From: Octopus vulgaris
Lineage: Eukaryota
Direction of reading: 5' to 3'
Length of the DNA stretch: 64,000 nucleotides
Assembly: GCA_951406725.2 (NCBI GenBank)
Contig: OX597821.1
Coordinates: forward strand, 25,234,001-25,298,000
Shown: piece by piece, positions 54,673-64,000 of the stretch
Layout of the letters: each line of letters opens with the position of its first letter
Position numbering within the stretch: the first letter of the stretch is position 1
Translations under genes and position numbers: made by a program
The notes under the pieces: generated by a model
Told to the model about the DNA's origin: nothing
What the model saw: the letters and a program-made list of their open reading frames with translations, nothing else
Databases searched by the model: none

Positions 54673-55072
54673 GGATCTTTTCGGTTTGGACGGCCGTTTT
54701 TTTCTAGCGGTGTCATATGAAATTGTCACCCATAATTATGGGTTAGGGTTAGGGTTAGGGTTAGGGTTAAGGATGGGAGGCAGGGTATCTTTTTTTCTTC
54801 ACAAATGCAAATAAACCCAATCTGTTTCTTAAACGAGGGACATATTCATACGGCACAGAATGTTTTTTTTACCTCAATAGACGTATTTGATTGGTTGAAA
54901 TTGCAGAAATTGAAGAAAAACAACAACAAATATCTTACAAACTATAGAATTTTCTCAATAAAGCTAAGAGAAAAAGATGTTTTATAAACACATTCTACCA
55001 GTATACGAAGTTTAAAATTTTTTAGTTACCTAGAAATTATGTTAAAAACTGCCATTCAAACCGTAAAGATCC
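54673..55072 (+). mobile_element. GGATC-TIR MITE with (GGGTTA)4-5 and no TSD; shares its left flank with the 52510 copy
   Basis: Both TIRs present; left flank gacatattgacaacactatttatata(t/c)ga(t/c)gg is shared. Confidence 0.88.
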
Positions 55073-55107
55073 TAATTAATTACTGAAGAAAAGTGGTAGT
55101 ATTAGTA

Positions 55108-55159
55108 CATTTACGATCGTTTCTGTTTACCAGTTGTGGTGGTAGACATCATCAGAATG
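55108..55159 (-). ncRNA. Minimal type-I hammerhead ribozyme motif (third family)
   Basis: CAUU CUGAUGA UGUcUACCA ccacaac UGGUAaACA GAAA CGAUCG UA AAUG: all three stems and the core are intact. Confidence 0.8.
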
Positions 55160-55405
55160 CGCAGTCATATGTGGAGGGAAGAAGAGTGATAGACATAAGG
55201 ATACATTGGTAACGAGAATAAAGACCAAAAAGACAGAGTCTTACATTATAGTAGATTTCTTAGTTGATAATTCTGCTGCGAAGTGGATGTAGGATGGAGG
55301 TTATTTTGATCTGTAGCCCCAAGTTTAAGTAAGCGCATATTTTCCACGTGTTTATTCTGGCTAAACCTTTCACCTTTATATATATATATATATGACCTCG
55401 TGAGT

Positions 55406-55606
55406 AATTCTGGCGATTTTTTTTCCTCCGTCTTCCCTTCTTGGGATCTTACCTTCTCCTATGTTTCCGACGAAGAGCTCCGCTCGAAACGTTAAACCCT
55501 CCTTCTTCCCTTCTTTCCTGAGCGTCCAATAATACTTTATTTGTTCCACATCCTCGCGTTGTTGTGTTTTTATGTTTTTTGTTTTTGTGTTTTCTTGTTT
55601 GGATTA

Positions 55607-55610
<4 letters not shown>
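55406..55610 (+). mobile_element. About 200-bp (TA)n-anchored element with a hammerhead motif at 55463-55497
   Basis: GUUU CCGACGA aGAGC ucc GCUC GAAA CGUU AAAC; ends ggattaacttt(ta)n. Confidence 0.78.
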
Positions 55611-55663
<53 letters not shown>

Positions 55664-55979
55664 GACTGGTTTCTAATCCCCAAACCATCCGTCTCGAAAC
55701 GATCAGCATCAAAAGATGTATGACATGAAGAGCTTGGTATCGAACCTGCAAACTAGATGTACAATCTTCTTCGTTAACATTGTTATCAGCTGTATCAGAT
55801 ACAGATACACCAAGTGATAATTGAGCATGTGTGTATGTAATACATTATAGTACTTTATACATACATCGTAAATACGCATACTGTTTTATACAACGTGCAT
55901 TCCAGACGGTTTGACACTTTTTTCTTTAGGAGACGCAGTCATAACTGCCCTTGGTTATTGTAATTTTAGTATATAATTG

Positions 55980-56492
55980 TTGTGACCCTCTTCGCTCATG
56001 AATGACCATGGGATTGCACGTAGAAAGTTACCCTCCGAGGCACAAGTGTGGGTAAGGTTGTTTATGGAAGATCAGCAGTCGCCCACGCATACCGGTCTCT
56101 CCTCTCCACGCCACCGATGTTATCCAAGGGAAAGGCAAAGGGGCCGATACAGCTTGGCACCTGTGACGTCGCAGCTCATCTCTTAACGTACAAGTGGCTG
56201 AGCACTCCACAGACACGTGTACCCTTAACGTAGTTCTCGGGGAGATTCAGCGTGATACAGAGTGTGACAAGGCTGGTCCTTTGAAATACAGGTACAACAG
56301 AAACAGAAAGAAAGAGTGAGAGAAAGTTGTGGTGAAAGAGTACAGCAGGGTTCACCACCATCCTCTGCTGGAGCCTTGTGGAGCTTTAGGTGTTTTCGCT
56401 CAATAAATACTCACAATGCCCGGTCTGGGAATCGAAACCGCGATCCTATGACCGCGAGTCCGCTGCTCTAACCACTGAGCCATTGCGCCTCC
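55980..56492 (-). mobile_element. SINE family C head and body with a different, longer 3' tail (tail type 2, RTE-like)
   Basis: 56310-56492 matches 43920-44104, then diverges into ..gcaatcccatggtcattcatgagcgaagagggtcacaacaa. Confidence 0.8.
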
Positions 56493-56681
56493 ACAGTATA
56501 TAATTACTATACATCTAATAAGCTCACCTGCCAACTTTTTCATTCTTTATGGAAGGAGGCAGTTGAAACACCACATTGAACACATCCTACTAAATACTAC
56601 TTGTCACAGCTAATTTGCAGAATGCAGTCGGGACATAATGACAATTTGCAAGCATGCTTTGCGAACAGATCAATACCAGTA

Positions 56682-56788
56682 CCTAACCTAACCCTTATCC
56701 CTTAACCCTAATCCTAACTCTAATTTTTACCCTAAACTAAGCCCTAACCCCGAAACCTAAACCCTAACCCTACTCCTAATCCTAAGCC
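56682..56788. repeat. Degenerate interstitial telomere-like (CCCTAA)n tract
   Basis: cctaacctaacccttatcccttaaccctaatcctaac...accctaaccctac. Confidence 0.75.
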
Positions 56789-56884
56789 AGATTAGGTCAT
56801 TTCACAGCGTAGATTACAGATACTGCGGTAGACTGTAAGTTAATACACACACACACACACACACACATACACACACACGCACAC

Positions 56885-56941
<57 letters not shown>

Positions 56942-57126
56942 TACACACGCGCGCGCTTGTTTGTTTTTATGTTCAGTATTAATAAAAACAATTTTAGATT
57001 AAACTGATGGGTTGCTCTATACTTTGGTAGAGTATAAATTTGTTATTCTTATGTAAGAATGGTGTTGACTGACTTCGAAGTTTCGACCCATCGATGCCTT
57101 AGCTGGCGGAGACTTCGAAGTCACTG

Positions 57127-57157
<31 letters not shown>

Positions 57158-57264
57158 GTATCCGAGTTTGTATGAATTTGTACAGAAGAATATACACACA
57201 AACATACACATATATATATACATATATATACATACATATATATATATATATGTATGTATGTATG

Positions 57265-57321
<57 letters not shown>

Positions 57322-57326
<5 letters not shown>

Positions 57327-57522
57327 ATCCAAACATGAAAACACAAAGAGAAAACACAAAAACGCGAGGACGTGGAACAAGTATAGTATTATTGGACGCT
57401 CAGGAAAGAAAGAAATAGGGTTTAACGTTTCGAGCGGAGCTCTTCGTCAGAAACCTAGGAAAAGGAAAGATCCAAAGAAGGGAAGACGGAGGAAAAAAAT
57501 CGCCAACGGTACACACGCGGTC
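57322..57522 (-). mobile_element. About 200-bp (TA)n-flanked element with a canonical-core hammerhead motif at 57420-57454
   Basis: GUUU CUGACGA aGAGC ucc GCUC GAAA CGUU AAAC; TA-rich runs on both sides. Confidence 0.8.
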
Positions 57523-57608
57523 ATATATAATATATATATAGTGAATGGAATTGAGATTTTCTGAATGGTGTTCCAAGTTAGAATATTAACGTTTATGAAT
57601 TTGCTCAC

Positions 57609-57793
57609 CCTTTCTTGGAAACAAATCTCTTCGTTTTGCAATCATTTTTATCGTCAGTTTCTTTTGGACAAAGAAACATAAAAATCGAGCATAGCTGACC
57701 AAGTAAACTGCTTATACGGTTCTTTTTATACTTTATGGCAACCTTTTTGTTATACCCCGAACCCGTTTCATGCAGAACAATCTTTCCAGGCAC
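57609..57793 (-). CDS. Internal 185-nt coding exon of the minus-strand gene
   Basis: gattccccAG|VPGKIVLHETGSGYNKKVAIKYKKNRISSLLGQLCSIFMFLCPKETDDKNDCKTKRFVSKK-GG|GTgagc. Only one frame is open, and its phase-2 end fits the 50650 exon. Confidence 0.68.
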
Positions 57794-58210
57794 CTGGGGA
57801 ATCACGTGCGTAACAAAACACAATAAACCGCACAATACATAATTTAATTATTGCATATGTAATACATATATATTACATATATAATACAGAAACACTTCAC
57901 GAGCTGCAATGATCAATATAATTGAAATAAAATTTAAAAAGTTATTCTTTCTGTGCAGATCAGTGCTACTCCGCGGTCCGATATTTTAGAGTGTTTCCTT
58001 TCTTTGACAGTAATGTAGCAATTGATTATGTCCCTTTATTGAGGCCATAAAGAGGGAAGAATTGATAGGGATCAGGGAATGGAGAGGTAGGACGATGGTA
58101 GAAAGCATATGGTTGACTGATCAATGAGAAAGAAGTACGGGGTTTTGTGCCTCTTGTTGCGCACTTACGATGTTCCTACGTTATGGATTTTCTCTGCGTG
58201 TATACGTGTT

Positions 58211-58279
<69 letters not shown>

Positions 58280-59349
58280 GGGTGTCGTCATCGTCGTCTT
58301 AGATAGAAAACATACAGGTAAAAAAAACATAGAAAGATAAGATAAAAAGACAAATAAACAAATAATATATGAAGTTAGACACATAAACACTGTAAAAAGA
58401 GAAAAAAGATGAATTGAAACGATGACGATCAAAGAGTGTGTACATCCTTGAGTGCGTGTGTGTGTGTGTGTATTATACAAACATACATACTTACTCACAC
58501 ACATGATATATGATATGATATGCTGAGCTAACGGTTTAACAGTTATGCATTCATTTCACGCTATTTCCGTCTTTAAAAAATGGAAGGCCGCGTTCCGTAA
58601 AGTAGCCCTAGATAAAAGGCAGGATGGTCATGAATGAAACGTCTTTGATCATGGTTCTATAGGATCAGGAGTGACCTTGAGTCTTGATCCTACCAATAAC
58701 AACAACTAGAAAACAAGCCTTCACTCAGATATTTAAACACACGCCCACTGTTACCACACAAACCCTCACTCAAATATATACAAACACATCTCTGCCAAAA
58801 TTCCAGAGAATACAAAATAAATCCTTTCCTTAATTCTGCCAATATTTTCTCGTCTAAATTCCCAGACGATAATTTTGTATTCTGTTCCGCCATTTTTATT
58901 GTTCTTCCTTCCTCAGCGTTCTCCGCCGTCATCACCAGCACAACCTGTTACATCGTTTACATCTCTTGCTTGCCCCCACCCCAACACACACACACACACA
59001 CATGGTGTTCCTTTATACCATGTCCGTCTGTGTGTCCCTGTCAACTATGTTGGAATCCCAATTTATATTGGTAAGTGGCTTAAAGGGATAACACTTCGGA
59101 ATGTGTCGTCTGCTGCATAAACCTCCACCCACCCGCAAATACACACACTCACCACACACACACACACACAGAGGCACACGTGTAAGCACGCACACGCACA
59201 TTCACAGACAGCAACACAAAAGGAACCTAGTCTTCATACTACCAATACTTCGTTTTTTGCATTCAGTTTACAAAATTCTTGATGTTAATACTACCAATAC
59301 ACCAATACAGATATATATATATACATCTATAATATATATATATATATAT

Positions 59350-59400
<51 letters not shown>

Positions 59401-59825
59401 AAAAAAAAAAAACACACATACATAAAGAAATATGCTTATACACACACACACACACACATATATATAAATACACACACGTACACCAACAACAGTACCACCA
59501 AAGCACAGCATTTGTTTCTACACGCTACAAACATATTTATACACAATATCCAGAAAAATAAAGGAATGTTACGCATCTATCCGCTCCCTCACACTTTACA
59601 TTCTCTGCCATCTTTGAATTCTATACATGGCGAACAAGGAATACTTCAAACACTGGAAATATTCCATGTCATAGTTGCCTTCCTCTTCTTCTTCTTCTTC
59701 TTCTCCTTCTCCCCTTCTTCGCCGTCTTTCTTTCTCTCTTTCTTTCTTTTAACCTATTTATTCATATATTTATACAGGGCGCCAGAGTGGCCTTAGCCTT
59801 CATAGCTAAAGGAAACTAAGGAACA

Positions 59826-59991
<166 letters not shown>

Positions 59992-60397
59992 TCTATCTGT
60001 CTGTCTGTCTGTCTGTCTGCCTGTCTGCCTGTCTGTCTGACTGTCTACCTATCTATCTATGTGTGTGTGTATGTTTGTGTGTGTGTGTGTATATATATAT
60101 TAATATATTAATATATTATAATAAAGGGTAAAAAATCATTAATGATTTTACCAGAGGGTCAGCCGGAAATAAAAACCTTATAGGTAAATTTTATAAATAT
60201 TTTATAATTATATGCATAATTATAACAAGGGACTTGGTTATAAGCCTCCCCACGCGCTAAAAAAATAGACGCCAAAAGACACTATTACCACCTTAAAATC
60301 TCCGAGAATAATACACCGGGTGTGGTATATGTGTTTACGTCTCCATGACTTAACGGTTCAGCAAATGAGTACGATAGAATAAGTATGGATGTGTGTT

Positions 60398-60436
<39 letters not shown>

Positions 60437-60744
60437 CGGAGATGTACTCGCATAGCAAGTAATTTGATCTGAGATCGTGTGCTGAAACGAAAACAATTGC
60501 AGCGTGGAAGGTGTTTATAAGCCATTTAAGAAACACACAAAAGTATATATATATACGGATGGAAACATGGATGGATGAATACACACCCACCACCCACCCA
60601 CATACTGTTGATATGCGTTATTGTATGAAAGTCTAGGCCCTTCGGACATTTCTATAACTCCACATCTATGAAGTTAAGAAATAATTATCTATACTTTTCT
60701 TCAAGTATTTAGTTCAATTGTGTTCGTTTGTATTGCCAAACGTC

Positions 60745-60824
<80 letters not shown>

Positions 60825-61144
60825 TGTGTATGTGTGTATGTGTGTGTTTGTGAGCGTGTGTGTGTTCGTGTCTGTATTTGTCTCTTCCCACCTCTTGACA
60901 ACCGGTGTTGGTGTGTTTACGTCTCCATGACTTAACGGTTCAGCAAAAGAGAACGATAGAATATATATATATATATATATAAATAGATGAGTGTATTTTT
61001 ACCTTGTTAACAATTAACACGGAAAAAATAAATAAATAGTTACCAGGGCAGCAAAAATCTCACAAGTAAAGGTGTTGTAACTCCTTGTTTATAAAGGTAG
61101 AAACTTCGTGTTTACGTTGAATATTTTGATAACTCCATTTTTTA

Positions 61145-61180
<36 letters not shown>

Positions 61181-61467
61181 GAAGGTTTGGAGATGATGTA
61201 CAGGTATTATATATTAGAAGAAATAAGGTACTCAGAAATCTGGATGATTTTATATCTACAAATATTTATTAATATGTCACTTGTTTTTATAAATCATATA
61301 TCAGCGCTTGCGTCCACTCTAGTGGAGTCGTCAGATTGAACTTTTTCAGGAATATTGTCTCTTTTTATAGTATTATTGAGTGTGTAGGGGTGGAGAGAGA
61401 TATAATATAGTACAAGAGGGTGAGGAATGGGGAGAAAGTGAGAGAGAGTGCGCGCGCGGGCGCCGGC

Positions 61468-61510
<43 letters not shown>

Positions 61511-61984
61511 CAGTAAGAGTAGGAGAGAGTGAGTGAGAGTTGGGTAAGGAAACGGAGATTCATGGTTGAGGAATGAATCAACATCGAAAAACAAACCGAA
61601 GGTCGTTTCTGGAAGGTAAACGACGAAAAGAAAAAGTTAACAACAACAACAACAACAACAACGACAAAGTGTCTCCATTCTATGATTGAATGTTGAATTA
61701 TGGAAGTCTTTAAAACATACAAACAACAAACAAAAAAGGAAGCAAAAACATTATAAAAGTTTTCGTTTGAAAGAAATCCTTCATTGAGCGGGTTTAACGG
61801 AGACATGGGGGTTATTAGGTGAAACTATAAATCGAGCTGAGATAGCGGTGAAGCGAACGATATGGTGAGGAACGGGGACGCAATCAAGCTTTTAAATATT
61901 AGGGTTCCCACAATACTGGAATCACATCTGGTTTTCAGAAAATAAAGAGCACCGACATTCGATGGAATTCTTCCATTTTATTTC

Positions 61985-62184
61985 GTTTACTCTTTTACTT
62001 GTTTCAGTCATTTGACTGCGGCCATGCTGGAGCACTGTCTTTAAGTCAAACAAATCGACCCCGGGTTTTATTCTTTTGTAAGCCCAGTACTTATTCTATC
62101 GGTCTCTTTAGCCGAACCGCTAAGTAACGGGGACATAAACACACCAGCATCGGTTGTCAAACACACAAACACACACACGCGCGC

Positions 62185-62228
<44 letters not shown>

Positions 62229-62370
62229 GACGGGCTTCTTTCAGTTTCCGTCTACCAAATCCACTCACAAGGCTCACAAGTAGAAGACACTTGGCCAAAG
62301 TGCCACGCAGTGGGACTGAACCCGGAACTATGTGGTTGGTAAACAAGCTACTTACCACACAGCCACTCCT
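61985..62370 (-). mobile_element. SINE family A, near full length
   Basis: Matches the consensus with small deletions. Confidence 0.85.
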
Positions 62371-62549
62371 ACTCCTACGTTTGTTAATTTCTTTTTGTTA
62401 ATATCTTTTTGCCACTGTGTGTCTTTCTGTCTATCTGTCTGTCAGTCCGTCTGTCTGTCTGTCCGTCTGTCTGTCAGTCCGTCTGTCTGTCTGTCCGTCT
62501 GTCTGTCTGTCTGTCGGTCCGTCTGTCTGTCTCTCTCTCTCACCCTCCC

Positions 62550-62582
<33 letters not shown>

Positions 62583-62811
62583 TACCATGTATAAGTTTCT
62601 TAAGTTTTTTTTTTGTTTTTGCTATATTTCAAGAAGTGATTAAATTCCTTGAGGGATAACATTATACATACACTTATACACACCTATACACAAACACATA
62701 CACATATGTGTCTATGTGCGCATATGTATGTATCTGTGGAGTGTGTGCGTGCGTGTGTTTGCATGTATATAAATATATGAGTGTATATATGTATATATGT
62801 ATATGTATATA

Positions 62812-62856
<45 letters not shown>

Positions 62857-62916
62857 TTGTGTGTGTGTCTGTGTATTTATATATACATACATACATACGC
62901 ACAGACGCAAATACAG

Positions 62917-63007
<91 letters not shown>

Positions 63008-63138
63008 TTATTGGTGGTGGGGGGGAATAAATTACCGCAAAGTATTTTGGAGAGGAGCTCGTTAAAGTATATATCAATTTATGTCTACAGGAACGCTAGT
63101 ATATATGGCAAAATGATGTCATATATATTCTCAATTAA

Positions 63139-63205
<67 letters not shown>

Positions 63206-63639
63206 TGTGTGTGATACATGCACACACACACACATACACATACACGCACACATAAGTACGTATGTATATATGTAGACAAATACAGGTCTATCGAATACCA
63301 TACACCACAAATTCTTGATCTATTGAAATTATTTCTGCTTGTAACTGATGCGTCATATTTAACAAGTAGCAATAAAGACCAGCTCGATATTATAAGGAGA
63401 GATAATCTAAAGAATCAAGATATCTCCAAAGTTGAGAAGCCACAAGGAAAGTCACTGCTGTGTACGTCAAAAAAGAACAACTTTCTTTTACGATTGATAT
63501 GTATTCAGCACCTTGGCACAACGGAGTGTGAGACACCAGTGTGAGACACCAGTGTGAGACATATTGTGTCTCGTCAGCCAGAAGCAACCTAAATAAGCCA
63601 TTGGCTTATACATACATACATACATACATACATACATAC

Positions 63640-63694
<55 letters not shown>

Positions 63695-63695
<1 letters not shown>

Positions 63696-63855
63696 CTTTT
63701 ATCTGTTTCAAGTCATTAGACTGTGGCCATACACTGGCACGACTTTGACGAATTTTTGTATCGATCTCTTTTGCCGAACCGCTGCATTACAGGGACCTAA
63801 ACACACCAACACCGGTTGTCAAGCAGGGGTGCGGGGAAACAAACACAGACACACA
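63695..63855 (-). mobile_element. SINE family A 3' part, diverged
   Basis: tctcttttgccgaaccgct..acacaccaacaccggttgtcaagca. Confidence 0.65.
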
Positions 63856-63943
63856 GATTCACATGCATACATACATACAAACATATATATGTATATATAT
63901 ACATATACATACACACACACACACACACTTATATATATATATC

Positions 63944-64000
<57 letters not shown>

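Noticed and set aside
56682-56788. Possible chromosome end or fusion site
   Set aside because: Short, highly degenerate and in one orientation only; similar repeats are carried by transposons in this window.
58690-58941. Possible upstream exon (MAEQNTKLSSGNLDEKILAELRK)
   Set aside because: No convincing polypyrimidine acceptor or phase-0 donor linking it to the 57793 exon.
63218-63587. 108-aa ORF and a CUGACGA near 63575
   Set aside because: ORF starts in a microsatellite and has no recognisable domain; the motif lacks the GAAA half of a hammerhead.

Overview
AT-rich, microsatellite-saturated eukaryotic DNA whose repeats (tRNA-derived SINEs with internal microsatellites, CR1/RTE/Tx1/R4 LINE relics) look like an octopus genome; the species call is an inference. 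Nearly all listed ORFs are microsatellite artefacts. Supported content: (1) the 3' part of an unidentified minus-strand gene, with three phase-compatible exons at 57793-57609, 50650-50584 and 46648-45182; (2) a nearly intact, 5'-truncated R4/Dong-like retrotransposon inserted in a (TAA)n array; (3) relics of Tx1/L1, CR1, RTE, mariner, Tc1 and Tigger-like elements; (4) three SINE families, three non-autonomous Helitrons, and a GG-terminal MITE family with 8-bp TSDs and internal TTAGGG repeats. The most interesting signal is absent from the ORF track: at least seven clear and several decayed minimal type-I hammerhead ribozyme motifs with palindromic stem III, in several sequence families. They sit in short non-coding elements anchored at (TA)n or in a long inverted repeat, which suggests Penelope-like or retrozyme-type elements.
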